64,000 bases of DNA. Source: Macrostomum lignano. Lineage: Eukaryota. The stretch lies in contig NIVC01003825.1 of assembly GCA_002269645.1 (NCBI GenBank), forward strand, positions 1 to 64,000. The letters are read 5' to 3'. This document shows, in pieces, positions 36,135-50,100 of this stretch. The first letter of the stretch is position 1. Each line of letters begins with the position of its first letter. The translations under genes were made by a program, and so were the position numbers. The notes beneath the pieces are model-generated. The model had not been told where the DNA came from, ran no database searches, and saw only the letters and a program-made list of their open reading frames with translations.

Positions 36135-37765
36135 ATGACCGCCACAGCGGCTGTCCAGCTGCTCCTGTCCGTGCTGTCCCTGCTGCTGCACTGCGGCATC
36201 CTGGTGCTGCGCCATCGGGCAGGGAGCTCGGGCGCCCCCGCCTCGGTGACAGCGCAGCTCGCGGCCGGCCTGCTCGCCTCCGCCGTCTTCGTTGCCGGCA
36301 GCGCCGCGGATCTCGCGATTGGCGGCAGCGACTCGGAGGCCGTCGTCGAAAACTCGCTGCAGCGGCTCCTCCTGCCGGCTGGCAGCGCAGGCGGCTGGCT
36401 GGCGGAGGCTGGGCTCTCCATCGCCTGCGCCTGCCTGTCGGCGGACGGCGGCCCGGTGCTGGCCGTCCTGCTGGTCACCGTGCTGCACGCGGCCGCCGTC
36501 ATCTCGGCCGAGCGCTGCGCCCACCACTGCGGCGGACTGCCGGCCGGGCGGGCTGCCCTGACGCCTCGGCGTTGCCTGGCAACCCTGGCCGCTACGGTTG
36601 GAGCTGCTGCGGTTGCCATGACGACTGAGGCGGGCGTGAAGTTTGAGATCGGCAAAGCCGGCTGCGAGATAAGGTAGTTTATATTCACGATGCCTGGAAA
36701 TATGGATTTGTGGGCCCAGCAACCGAGGATCTGGGAGGCTGGCCCAACAACTGAGGATCTGGGAGGCTGACCCAGCAACTGAGGATCTGGGAGGCTGGCT
36801 CTGCAACTGGGGATTTGGGAGGCTGGCCCAGCAACTGAGGATCTGGGAGGCTGGCCCAGCAACTGAGGATCTGGGAGGCTGGCCCAGCAACTGGGGATCT
36901 GGGAGGCTGGCCCAGTAACTGGGGATCTGAGAGGCTGGCCCAGCAACAGAGGATGTGGGAGGCTGGCCCAGCAACTCAGGATCTGGGAGGCTGGCCCAGC
37001 AACTCAGGATCTGGGAGGCTGGCCCAGCAACTGAGGATCTGGGAGGCTGGCCCAGCAACTGAGGATCTGGGAGGCTGGCCCAGCAGCTGAGGATCTGGGA
37101 GGCTGGCATAGCAAGTGAGGATCTGGGAGGCTGGCATAGCAAGTGAGGATCTGGGAGGCTGGCATAGCAAGTGAGGATCTGGGAGGCTGGCATAGCAAGT
37201 GAGGATCTGGGAGGCTGGCATAGCAAGTGAGGATCTGGGAGGCTAGCCCGCAGCTAAGGATGTCGGAGGGGCGGTCCGAACTACAGTCTCAGCAACTCGA
37301 ACTCTCAGAAACGAGACCCTGGCGTCAAACTCGGCCTGGTCGGCTGCCCGCACCGCGGCGGTCTACGCGAACCTGGCACTGAGCCAAGTCCTGCCTAGCC
37401 TAGCGGTGCTGGCTGTGAACTTCGCCACCGTCACCGCTCTCTTCCGCCGGTTCCTGTCCGCTGACTCCTCCAGCGGGGCGTCTTCGGCCTCGGCGGCGAA
37501 GCCGGGCGGCGCCGTTGGAAATTTTTGCGTCTACCGTCGCGCCACCGTCCACGCGGCTCATGAGCGGCGCGGCACGCTGGCCGCCCTGGCCGCCACCTCC
37601 GGAGCCGCCGCTGCCGCTCTGGCCAGCGCCTGCCTGGCCGTCTCCGGCAGCAGCGGCTCGCCGGTCGCGGCAGCGGCGGAGCGGCTCTGGACTGTCGCCG
37701 CGGTGATGGGCAACGCGGTCGCCCAGACTGCGCTGCTGGCGCTGCGGAAGTGTGGGACAGAATGA
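36135..37765 (+). CDS. Orphan rhodopsin-class (7TM) GPCR-like protein, Ala-rich, 331 aa
   Basis: Exons 36135-36673 and 37309-37765 (phase 2). TM3 ends AVISAERCAHHC (DRY-like position), followed by TPRRC, an ECL2 Cys with an NET sequon, TM5 QVLPSLAVLAVNF and TM6 ERRGTLAAL. Confidence 0.7.
36715..37250. repeat. 28-bp minisatellite GAGGATCTGGGAGGCTGGCCCAGCAACT
   Basis: Fills the single GPCR intron. Confidence 0.97.
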
Positions 37766-37774
37766 CGAATACGG

Positions 37775-38060
37775 ACTTGGACTGTCACTGACTGTGCTGT
37801 CACTGGCTGTGCTGTCACTGACTGTGCTGTCACTGACTGTGCTGTCACTGACTGTGCTGTCACTGGCTGTGCTGTCACTGGTTGTGCTGTCACTGGCTGC
37901 GCTGTCACTGACTGTGTTTGGCTGTGCTGGCACTGGCTATGCTGTCGCTGGCTGTGCTGTCACTGGCTGTGCTGTCTCTGACTGTGTTTGGCTGTGCTGG
38001 CACTGGCTATGCTGTCAATGGCTGTGCTGTCACTGACTGTGTTTGGCTGTGCTCTCACAG
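37775..38060. repeat. 15-bp repeat CTGTGCTGTCACTGA
   Basis: Directly downstream of the GPCR stop codon. Confidence 0.93.
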
Positions 38061-38568
38061 GCCTGTATGTCACTTGTGATACCAATGTCTGTCACTGGCC
38101 ATGCTGTCACTGCTTGTGATGTCATTGCCTGTGTCATTGGCTATGTCAGACTTTTCTGTCACCGGCTGTGTTGTCCCTAGTTGTCTGTGCTGTCACGTCT
38201 GTATGCCACTTGTGATGTCACTGTCTTATGACCGGCTGTTTTGTAGTCACAAATTTTGGAAGCAGTCAAACCGCAGCCCTCGGACATGCACGTGCAAGCC
38301 CAAAAAATGCAACCACTGCCCCTCTAAATTTGAACTTCGAAAAGCGTCAAGTAAATTATGGACGCGTTTTTTAAGCACCATCATTTTCGAATCAAAGAGT
38401 TGCTGTCAGCTATTTCAGAGTTTAGCTACAGGCACCAATGAATAAATTTGTTCACCCGATGGTCGCAAACTCCACTAGCAGTCACAGACTGGCTTATTTT
38501 CCGTTGATTAGCTTCACTTTTATTACAAAAAAATCGTATTGTAGTGTCTCTAGACTCCACATGTAGGT

Positions 38569-39142
38569 CAAGGGTCCGCAAACTCCGGCTCGCTATGCCT
38601 CCCTATCCGGCCCTCGGGTCCTTTGTAGCTGCACAATAGCAATCCGGCCCGCTCAAGGCTTGTCTTATCTCTTTTACCTCCTCTCCTTCCTCTCTTCTCT
38701 CCTTTACCCCCTCTTCTCACTCCTCTCATCTCCTCTTGTCTCTTCTCTCCCCTCCACTTGTTTCTTCTCTTCTCTCCTCTCATCTCCCATCCTCCTCTCG
38801 TCTTCTTTCCTCTCCTCTCCTCTCCACTCTTCTTCTTTTCTCTTCTCATCTCCCCTCCTCTTTTTTCATTTCCCCTCTCCTCTCCTTTTGTCTCACCTCT
38901 CCTCTGTTCTCTCCTCTTTCGCTTTTGTACCTGTCCTTTCTTCTTTTCTCACTTCTCTCTTCTCTCCTCTTCTCTCACATTCCCCCTTTCATCTCATTTT
39001 ATCTCATCCACTTTCTCACCTCCTCTCATCTTTTCGTTCCTCTTTTCTCTGTCCTCTCTATTCCCTCTCATTTCCTCTCTGATCAGGCCCGCAAGCATGA
39101 TTCTTTATCTGGCCCTAGAAATAAAAAATTTCAAGACCTCTG
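38569..39142. mobile_element. hAT-type MITE-like element interrupted by a CT-rich low-complexity tract
   Basis: Left end CAAGGGTCCGCAAACTCCGGC with internal CCGGCCC/GGCCCGC motifs. Right end TTTCAAGACCTCTG (reverse complement CAGAGGTCTTGAAA). Pyrimidine tract at 38665-39075. No TSD seen. Confidence 0.4.
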
Positions 39143-39699
39143 TCTGCTCCAGGCCGCAGAATGAGAAGCAACTGTCTGGAAATTGTGTCGCGCCAAAAAG
39201 TGAGTAAGAAGAGTGAGAGCAATAAAACTTGACATTTAAACAAATATTGACCGGTTTGATCACAAATTCATCCCCAAATTTTCCTAAAAACTACGAGCCG
39301 TAACCAACATGGAGAAGAGAATCAACTGAATTTTATTAGGCCCCGTTGAGCCAAGCAGATTATCAGGAGCGTGTTGCTGCACAACTAATCCGATGCAGGC
39401 AGCCAGGCGATAATCCGTCCCGTAGGATTACGAACTGGAAGCGGCCCCTTTAATTATAAATGCAGCTGATAAATCTGGTTTTAAATTGAAAGCAGCAGTC
39501 TCTGAGGAAAAATCGTTAATATTTTAAAAGCTGTCAAATTTGGGAAAAAATCTTGCTTTTCTAAACCTGCTGCACACACGCGAGAACGAAGCCAGATCTT
39601 TTGGAGGGTCTGAAATATCGCTGATGAGATTTCCTGGAATGCTTTTCTTCGCCTAGGGGATTGCGGGATAGTTAGGTTGAGACAGAGTGTCTAGAGAGA

Positions 39700-40195
39700 T
39701 GGCACGGTGTCTGTGGGAATCCCATAATGTCTATAAGAGTGCCATGATGTCTATGGGAATGTCAGGGTGTCTATGGGAATTTCATGGTGTCTATGGGAAT
39801 GTCAGGGAGTCTATGGGAATCTCATGATGTCTATGGGAATGCCATGATGTCTATGGGAATTTCATGATGTATATGGGAATGTCAGGGTGTCTATAGGAAT
39901 TTCATGGTGTCTATGGGAATGTCATGATGTCTATGGGAATGTCATGATGTCTGTGGGAATGCCATGATGTCTATGGGGATGTCAGGGTGTCTATAGGAAT
40001 TTCATGGTGTCTATGGGAATGTCAGGGTGTCTATGGGAATGTCATGAAGTATATGGGAATGTCAGGGTGTCTATAGGAATGTCATGATGTCTATAGGAAT
40101 GTCATGATGTCTGTGGGAATGCCATGATGTCTATGGGAATGCCAGTGTGTCTAGAGGGGTGTCATGGTGTCGACGAAAACTCTGGGGTGTACATG
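39700..40195. repeat. 20-bp minisatellite GTCATGATGTCTATGGGAAT
   Basis: Visible array outside any gene I could model. Confidence 0.95.
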
Positions 40196-41126
40196 AGAAT
40201 GCCAGGACGATAAGCAGAGCTTGTATATAATCAAATAAATGACAAAACGCAGTAAGGCCGCAAAATTATCGAATAAAATCTCAAAGATCTTCAAGAAGAG
40301 TTAAAAACTTGTTGGTTCGATAAGTCACTCTCTAATTCCGGTCATTATTTGGAATTTTTCAGAAATTTGAGTACATTTTAGCCAAAGACCGCATATTGTA
40401 CTAGAAGAATGTTAGCCTAGTGTACTACCCCGTTCACCGCCAGCACATGCCGGTTAAGCAGAGTCGGCAGCGGTTAGTACGTAGCTAATTAACGTTGCCA
40501 CGTACTTATTTAGTTCCTTAACTTCTTAGCACAAAGTGAAACACTTCTCTAGACTTCTCAAGTGCAGACAAATTTGAGAGCCCGCAAACATGCCCGAGTG
40601 ACCAACGAATAAATAAGGAGTGCAGAAGTTCAGCATGCAGTCGTTGTGTGAAGAGCAGACAACTGAATTAGTTATAAACGATCACAGAATTACCAATTGA
40701 AGTTCAACTGTCAAAAATAAAAATAAAAAATTTGGGCCACAATAAACTCCGACTTCAGATAGGAAGATAATACAATTTGTTAGAAAATGATATCGATATG
40801 TTAGATGAGCTATCAATATTGAGCTGAATGCAAATAACACAGGCAAAACAATTATTAAATTTACTGTAGTTAGCGGATTACGCTGACAGAGTTGGCGATA
40901 TGTACAATCAACAGACCCGAGTTTAAAGCATAGCAGTAGGTGAGGATTTACCATAGACAGTCAAACCAGCACTGAAGCGATTCCCTCATCCACCCATGCC
41001 AGACTCCTCAGCACACACAAGCACTCACTTTACTCACACGGCCTAGGCGAGTGGATTGCTAGGCTGCCTTAAAATCTGCAATTAAAAAAACGCGATTAAA
41101 AACATTCGGTAGTCATGGCAACGCCG

Positions 41127-44100
41127 TCACAACCCCGACGATTCGCTGCTGCCAAGCCGCCTGAGCAGGTCGTCCCGCTCAGCCCTGACGGCCGCCAGCT
41201 CGGCTTGGCAGCGGGCCAACCGCTTGGCCAGCTCATCTGAGCCCACTGCCTGGCTCTGCTTCTGCTGCTTGTTCTGCTTTGAGCAGCTGCTGCAGACTGA
41301 GTCTGGTCTGGGCTGGTCCGTGGGAGCTGAAAAGTTAGGGCGAAATTGACAGCTCATGACCCATCCTGAATCTCCATGACCCATCCCGAATCTTCATGAC
41401 CCATCCTGAATCTCCATGACCAATCCTGAATCTCCATGACCAATCCTGAATCTCCATGACCCATCCTGAATCTCCATGACCCATTCTGCAACTCCATGAT
41501 CCATTCCGAATCTCCATGACCCATTCTGCAACTCCATGACCCATTCTGCAACTCCATGACCCATTCTGCAACTCCATGGCCCATTTTGAATCTCCATGAT
41601 GACCCATATCTATGACCCATTTTCAGCGTTTAGCCTCACCAACAATCCGCATGACATTGTCCGTTCCACGCAGCATGGAGAGGCGGCCGGGAGCCTCCAG
41701 CCGGACTGACGGGTGCTCACCGGGGCAGGTGGCGTTCAGACAGGGCTGGTCGGACTGCAGTGGGTGAATGAGAATTGCAATATGGGTGAATGGGATTCGC
41801 AATATGGGGTGAATGGTATTCACAATACGGGGTGAATGGGATTTGCAATATGGGTGAATGAGAATTGCAATATGGGTGAATGAGAATTGCAATATGGGTG
41901 AATGAGAATTGCAATATGGGGTGAATGGGAATTGCAATATGGGGTGAATGGGAATTGCAATATGGGGTGAATGGGATTCGCAATATGGGGTGAATGGTAT
42001 TCACAATACGGGGTGAATGGGATTTGCAATATGGGTGAATGAGAATTGCAATATGGGTGAATGAGAATTGCAATATGGGTGAATGAGAATTGCAATATGG
42101 GGTGAATGGGAATTGCAATATGGGGTGAATGGGAATTGCAATATGGGGTGAATGGGATTCGCAATATGGGGTGAATGGTATTCACAATACGGGGTGAATG
42201 GGATTTGCAATATGGGTGAATGAGAATTGCAATATGGGTGAATGAGAATTGCAATATGGGTGAATGAGAATTGCAATATGGGTGAATGAGAATTGCAATA
42301 TGGGGTGAATGGGAATTGCAATATGGGGTGAATGGGAATTGCAATGTGGGGTGAATGGGATTTGCAATATGGGGTGAAGGGATTTGCAATATGGGTGAAT
42401 GAGAATTGCAATATGGGTGAATGGGATTTGCAATATGCGTGAATGGGATTCGCAATATGGGTGAATGGGATTTGCAATATGGGTGAATGGGATTCGCAAT
42501 ATGGGTAAATGGGATTTGCAATATGGGTGAATGGGATTTGCAATATGGGTGAATGGGATTCGCAATATGGGTGAATGGGATTCGCAATATGGGTGAATGG
42601 GATTTGCAATATGGGTGAATGGGATTTACAATATGGGGTGAATGGGATTCGCAATATGGGGTGAAAAGGAACTGAATTTAGTAAACGGACACTCTCCAGT
42701 GGTTGAATAGAAATCGAGCTCAGGACCTCTATATTCGATTTAAAAAATGATTTTAGTCCACACCGTGACATTTCTATGACCCCCACTGCACTCGTGCACC
42801 TGCTTCTCCAGCTTTGCGGGCAAAGACCCGCCTTGATATCGAGTTTCAGCCTTGCCAATAAGCAGTCCCCCATTGCCGCTTCAATGGTTATTGCCCAGCC
42901 AGGCGCGAGTTGAACATGATATCAGGTACTGATTCTGGCTAACAGGGGCCAATACTTTAGGTTAAGTTATGGCGAATTAAAATTGTTTAAAGTATTGTTG
43001 TAGCATGCAGTGTTATTGGTGCAGGAGTAGACAAGGGTATTTATTACTTTGCTCACGAACTACAGACAATTTTAGACTAAGATGTGATAGCATATCGGGC
43101 AGAGCAGTGTCACAGAGAGTGCAACTGGGAGTGCCACTGGGAGTGCTACAGGGACAGGGAGTGCTACAGGGAGTGCCACTGGGAGTGCCACTGGGAGTGC
43201 CACTGGGAGTGTTACTGGGAGTGCCACTGGGAGTGCTACAGGGAGTGCCACTGGGAGTGCTACAGGTAGTGTTACTGGGAGTGCCACTGGGAGTGCTACA
43301 GGGAGTGCCACTGGGAGTGCTACTGGGAGTGTTACTGGGAGTGCCACTGGGAGTGCTACAGGGAGTGCCACTGGGAGTGCTACAGGGACTGGGAGTGCTA
43401 CTGGGAGTGCCACTGGGAGTGCTACAGGGAGTGCCACTGGGAGTGCTACAGGGACTGGGAGTGCTACAGGGAGTGCCACTGGGAGTGCCACCGGGAGTGC
43501 TACAGGAAGTGCTACTGGGAGTGCCACTGGGAGTGCCACTGGGAGTGCCACTGGGAGTGCTACTGGGAGTGCCACTGGGAGTGCTACAGGGAGTGCTACA
43601 GGGAGTGCCACTGGGAGTGCTACAGGGACTGGGAGTGCTACAGGGAGTGCCACTGGGAGTGCCACCGGGAGTGCTACAGGAAGTGCTACTGGGAGTGCCA
43701 CTGGGAGTGCCACTGGGAGTGCCACTGGGAGTGCCACTGGGAGTGCTACTGGGAGTGCCACCGGGAGTGCTACAGGGAGTGCCACTGGGAGTGCTACAGG
43801 GAGTGCCACTGGGAGTGCTACAGGGAGTGCCACTGGGAGTGCTACTGGGAGTGCCACTGGGAGTGCCACTGGGAGTGCTACTGGGAGTGCTACTGGGAGT
43901 GCTACTGGGAGTGCTACAGGGAGTGCCACTGGGAGTGCTACAGGGAGTGCCACTGGGAGTGCTACAGGGAGTGCCACTGGGAGTGCTACTGGGAGTGCTA
44001 CAGAGAGTGTCACAGGGAGTGTCACAGGGAGTGGCATCGGGGGTGACAAAAGGAGTGCCATAGGGAGTGACAAAAGGGGTGCCATCGGGGTGACAAAAGG

Positions 44101-47100
44101 AGTGCCATCGGGGGTGACAAAAGGAGTGCCATCGGGAGTGACAAAAGGAGTGCCATCGGGAGTGACAAAAGGGGTGCCCCAAGGAGTCAATGAGTGACAC
44201 ACAATGCGCCGCGCCCTTTGCTTACCACAAGCTCCGCCTTGACGGCCTCCACAAGCAGGCGCATCGGCAGGGCCGGCAGCAGCAGCTCGTCCTCGAAGAA
44301 GTCACCAAGGCCGGCCAGCACGGACAGTCCGGCTGACAGGGACAAATCGGCCGCCTGGACGAACACCTCGCTGTTGCCCGGATCCTCCAGCTTCCGCGCC
44401 TCATCAATATAGACTCGAACCCGAAGCCGCGCCGGTTTGGCTTGGAGACCGTCGCCGCTGCCGACATCGTCCAGAACGTTGACACGCGGCTGCCGGGCTG
44501 TCAGCGCGGCGCTCAATGCGACTCTCGAATTGGCGTCGTCGGCTGCGGCCAGGCCGACCCGGCGGGAAGCGATGCGCACCAGCGAGCCCGCGTGGTCCAC
44601 CGTCACCAGCACGCTGGAGCCCAGCAGGCCGCCAGTCAGGCTGGGCAGCCGCACCTCCGAGCCACCGCCGCCGCCTCCGCCGGTTGTCTCATCCTCGTCC
44701 TTGTCGACGCTGTCGGCCACCGACAGACCGGGCACGGCCAGGCAGGCGCCGGCCTGGGCGGCGGCCTGAGCGGCGGCCTCGGCCTCTTCGAGCAGCTGCA
44801 GGCGACGCTGCTGAACCTCGCTGGCGCTGAGGTCGTCGCTGGACACGGAGACCCGCTCCCAGTCGTCGCCAACGTCGGAGCCGCCGCTGTCTAAGCTGGC
44901 CGCCGAGCCCTGCAAGATTTTGGATACTTCAGAGGTTCAGTTTTCGGAACCAGGGGTTGCGGAGCGAAAGTTATATCTAAAAATCATCATACTACTGAAG
45001 CTCCTGCTCAGTAGTGTAGTAAGCAAATAGCTTAAATTCCATGGAAAGGCTGAAGCAACCAACCCGGTGCTTTGCACTGGCAACCAAGCGGCGGCCAAGG
45101 CGCTCTACAAACTGTTGAGGCGCATTGGACTGCTGCTGCTGCTGCTGATGATGATGTTGCTGTTGCCTAGCAACTGCGATTGGCGACGCGCTTGGCGACG
45201 AAGCTGAAGCTGTTGAAGGCGACGAGGAAGCTCCGGAGACGAGGAACTCGACGGGAGCGGAGGCGGCGTAGGCGGGGGCGCCGGGCGGACCCTCAGCCGA
45301 GCAGCTGTTGTTGACGGCCTGCCGGGCAAAGCTGGCGGCGTCCTCAGAGCCCGGGTCGGTGTCGGCGTCTGACGAGTCGCCGCTGGCCGAGCTGGAGCAG
45401 CAGCTGTCCGAGGCGCTGGCCGGGCAGGCCGGGTCCAGCAGGAGGCGCAGGCGGGCTCGGGGAATCGGCAACCAGACGGCGGCCACGGGGCCGGGCGGCC
45501 GGTCAGGCAGCCGCATGCCGCGCCGGTCCCGCTGAAGGCAGTCGGCAAAGTCGGCGAAGTCTTCGCCCATGCGCAGCAGGAACAGGTACTGCAGGTGCGT
45601 GAGGGCCAGCCGCAGCTCCCTGCCCGGGTCGGAGGGCAGGTCCAGCAGCACCACGAAGGAGTCCGGCGAGGAGCCCGCGGCAAGGAACGCATCGACGCGC
45701 CCGGCATCCAGGCAGGGCTGGCGGCGCGTCTTTCTGGTGTCGGCGCCGGGCGCGGCAAAGTCGCACCAGAGCCGGGGGCAGCGGAGGTGCCACACGGAGG
45801 ATGGCGGAGCCACCGGGCCAACGGAGGCCGCCGCCTCGGCCAATGCGACGCGAAACGGCAGCCAGTCAAAGTCGGGATCGCCGGGGAAGTCGCCGGTTGA
45901 AGAGTCGGCTGCAGAAATGGCGGCCGCCAGCGAGTCGGCGAAGCCGGCCGGATCGTTGGAGATCGTCACGGAGTCCGCTTGCGCCTCCAGCACAGTTGGC
46001 CGGACCTGGTGCAGCTGCGGTGGCTGCTGCTCAGGTGCAGCCTTTGCTGGGATGAGCAGCTGCGTTGAGAATGAGGGGGCGAAGAGACTCCTCAATATGC
46101 TGTTCTCAGGGTCCTCAACGTGTTGTCCTCAGAGGCCTGAATATACTGTCCTCAGGGGCCTGAATATACTGTCCTCAGGGGCCTGAATATACTGTCCTCA
46201 GGGGCCTGAATATACTGTCCTCAGGAGTCTGAATATACTGTCCTCAGGGGCCTCAAAGTGCTGTCCTCAGGGGCCTGAATATGCTGTCCTCAGGGGCCTG
46301 AATATACTGTCCTCAGGGGCCTCAAAGTGCTGTCCTCAGGGGCCTGAATATACTGTCTTCAGGGCCTGAATATACTGTCCTCAGGGGTCTGAATATACTG
46401 TCTTCAGGGCCTGAATATACTGTCCTCAGGGGTCTGAATATACTGTCTTCAGGGCCTGAATATACTGTCTTCAGGGCCTGAATATACTGTCCTCAGGGGC
46501 CTGAATATACTGTCCTCAGGGGCCTTAACTTGCTGTCCTCAGGGTCTTCAAAGTACTGTCCTTGGGGTCTTCCATGTGTTGTCTTCAGGGGCTTCTATAT
46601 GATGTCCTCAGGGGCCTCAAGGTGCTGTCAACAAGGGCTCAGATGCTATTCTCAGGGCCTCAGATGCTATCTCCATGACCCATCCTGAATCTCCATGACC
46701 CATCCTGAATCTCCATGACCAATCCTGAATCTCCATGACCCATCCTGAATCTCCATGACCAATCCTGAATCTCCATGACCCATCCTGAATCTCCATGACC
46801 AATCCTGAATCTCCATGACCCATCCTGAATCTCCATGACCCATCCTGGACCCATCCATGACCCACCCATCCATCTAAAATCAGAGCCCCAGAGACAGCCA
46901 TGGAGATGAGCAGGTCTCACCCTCGGGAAGATGCTCTCGGCCAGGACGTGCAGCGGTTCGCTGGAGCCGCTGGACTGAATCTGCAGCTGCTCCTGAAGCA
47001 ATAACGGGGTGAGAGTTGAGCTGAGACATCTGCAGTTGCTACTTGTTAGTAGAGTCGTGCGCAAAAACAGTTAATGTTAGTTTCCGCTACCAGAAAGCTT

Positions 47101-50100
47101 TAACAGAATTGCATAGGGAAAATGTACTTACAGATTTCTGAAAATAATTACGACTGAAAACAAAGATTAACACATTTGAAACGGACAGTACATTGAAAAC
47201 TATTAAATTGGACTGACTTCCAACCAACAAAACTGTTTTCAGTGCTTTACAGTCCAGTGTGCTGACAAGTTTGTAAATACAGAATACGTTTGAAATGCAA
47301 AAATAGGGAGATCCAACAGGAGACACGAGAGAGAAGTAGAGGGAGACAATGGGAGAGGGAGAGGAGGGGAGAGGAAGAGGAGAGAGAGAAAGGGAAGAGA
47401 GGGAGGGGAGAGGGAGAGGAGAGAGAGCAAGTGAAGAGAGGGGGGAAAGGAAGAGGAGAGACAAAGGGAAGAGAGGGAGGGGAGAGGGAGAGGAGAGAGA
47501 GAAAGGGAAGAGAGGGAGGGGAGAGGGAGAGGAGAGAGAGAAAGGGAAGAGAGGGAGGGGAGAGGGAGAGGAGAGAGAGCAAGGGAAGAGAGGGAGGGAG
47601 AGGAAGAGGAGAGAGAGAAAGGGAAGAGATGGGGGAGAGGGAGAGGAGAGAGAGCAAGTGAAGAGAGGGGGGAAAGGAAGAGGAGAGACAAAGGGAAGAG
47701 AGGGAGGGGAGAGGGAGAGGAGAGAGAGAAAGGGAAGAGAGGGAGGGGAGAGGGAGAGGAGAGAGAGCAAGGGAAGAGAGTGAGGGAGAGGAAGAGGAGA
47801 GAGAGAAAGGGAAGAGATGGGGGAGAGGGAGAGGAGAGAGAGCAAGTGAAGAGAGGGGGGAAAGGAAGAGGAGAGACAAAGGGAAGAGAGGGAGGGGAGA
47901 GGGAGAGGAGAGAGAGAAAGGGAAGAGAGGGAGGGGAGAGGGAGAGGAGAGAGAGCAAGGGAAGAGAGTGAGGGAGAGGAAGAGGAGAGAGAGAAAGGGA
48001 AGAGATGGGGGAGAGGGAGAGGAGAGAGAGCAAGTGAAGAGAGGGGGGAAAGGAAGAGGAGAGACAAAGGGAAGAGAGGGAGGGGAGAGGGAGAGGAGAG
48101 AGAGAAAGGGGAGAGAGAGAAAGGGAAGAGAGGGAGGGGGAGGAAGAGGAGAGAGAGAAAGGGGAGAGAGGGAGGGGAGAGGGAGAGGAGAGAGAGAAAG
48201 GGAAGAGATGGGGGAAAGGAAGAGAGAGAGAAAGGGAAGAGATGGGGGAGAGGGAGAGGAGAGAGAGAAAGGGAAGAGAGGGGGGAAAGGAAGAGGAGAG
48301 AGAGAAAGGGAAGAGAGGGAGGGGAGAGGAAGAGGAGAGAGAGAAAGGGAAGAGAGGGGGGAAAGGAAGAGGAGAGAGAGAAAGGGAAGAGATGGGGGAA
48401 AGGAAGAGGAGAGAGAGAAAGGAAAGAGAGGGAGGGGAGAGGAAGAGAAGGTGGTAGGGAAAGAAAGGGGGAGGGACAGAAGGGGAGAGGAAGAGGGGAG
48501 GGACAGAAGGGGAGGTGCATGAAGGACTAGAATATGAATATGTGCAGAATATGTGCAGAATATGTTGATAACAGGCATGGTCAGATGGAGGAGGCGACTA
48601 CTAAATGTTGCAGCCACAAGCAGAATACTTCCAGAGGCCATAATGACAGACTTCTTAAAATGAATAATGAGCCGTGACAGCAGTAGAATTCATGATTGCT
48701 GTGGCCCCAACACAGCAGCTCCATTTCGCAATATTAACCAAAGAGCTGCAAGCAGGCAACAGGAAAAGCGGCTGGCAAAGCTTACAGGCTGGATGATGCT
48801 GCTGTCAAACGATTGCAACGAGGCGACCTGCTAGCGTTGAACAGTTTAAAACAGATCAACTTACAGCATGTGACCTCAGTGCAGTGTGAGCAGCATGGAA
48901 CACGAGGAATCAAGCGAACTCAGGCAGAGCTGAGACGTAAATAAAAAATCCGACTTACCAGATTTTTGCTGAGCTTCAAGGTGAACGCATTCAGCCAGAT
49001 CAGCGTGTCAAAGTCCAGCCTCAGGTGCAGAGGGCTCAGGTGCGCGTACAGGCAGGGCAAGGGGGCTGCGAGGGACAGAGGGGGGAATACACGAAAGAGT
49101 CTGTAAAACAGAGTGACCCACTATGAACCACAGAGTCCTCAATCTCAACCCTACAGAGTCCTCAATCTCAACCCTACAGAGTCCTCAATCTCAACCCTAC
49201 AGAGTCCTCAATCTCAACCCTAGAGTCCTCAATCTCAACCCTACAGAGTCCTCAATGTCAACCCTAGAGTCCTCAATCTCAACCCTACAGAGTCCTCAAT
49301 CTCAACCCTAGAGTCCTCAATCTCAACCCTACAGAGTCCTCAATCTCAACCCTACAGAGTCCTCAATGTCAACCCTAGAGTCCTCAATCTCAACCCTACA
49401 GAGTCCTCAATCTCAACCCTAGAGTCCTCAATCTCAACCCTACAGAGTCCTCAATCTCAACCCTACAGAGTCCTCAATCTCAACCCTAGAGTCCTCAATC
49501 TCAACCCTACAGAGTCCTCAATGTCAACCCTAGAGTCCTCAATCTCAACCCTACAGAGTCCTCAATCTCAACCCTACAGAGTCCTCAATGTCAACCCTAC
49601 AGAGTCCTCAATCTCAACCCTACAGAGTCCTCAATGTCAACCCTACAGAGTCCTCAATCTCAACCCCACAGAGTCCTCAATCTCAACCCTACAGAGTCCT
49701 CAATGTCAACCCTACAGAGTCCTCAATCTCAACCCTACAGAGTCCTCAACCCTACAGAGTCCTCAATCTCAACCCTACAGAGTCCTCAACCCTACAGAGT
49801 CCTCAATCTCAACCCTACAGAGTTCTCAATCTCAACCCTACAGAGTCCTCAATCTCAACCCTAGAGTCCTCAATCTCAACCCTAGAGTCCTCAATCTCAA
49901 CTCTACAGAGTCCTCAATCTCAACCCTACAGAGTCCTCAATCTCAACCCTACAGAGTCCTCAATCTCAACCCTACAGAGTCCTCAATCTCAACCCTACAG
50001 AGTCCTCAGTCTCAACCCTACAGAGTCCTCAATCTCAACCCTACAGAGTCCTCAGTCTCAACCCTACAGAGTCCTCAATCTCAACCCTACAGAGTCCTCA

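Noticed and set aside
39618-39660. CTGATGAG resembling a hammerhead ribozyme core
   Set aside because: No stem II followed by GAAA and no stem III or cleavage triplet could be built.
43005-44202. Long ORFs with VPLG/LPVA/TPSG repeats
   Set aside because: Translation of a 12-bp intronic minisatellite, open in several frames on both strands, inside a phase-consistent BLTP3 intron.
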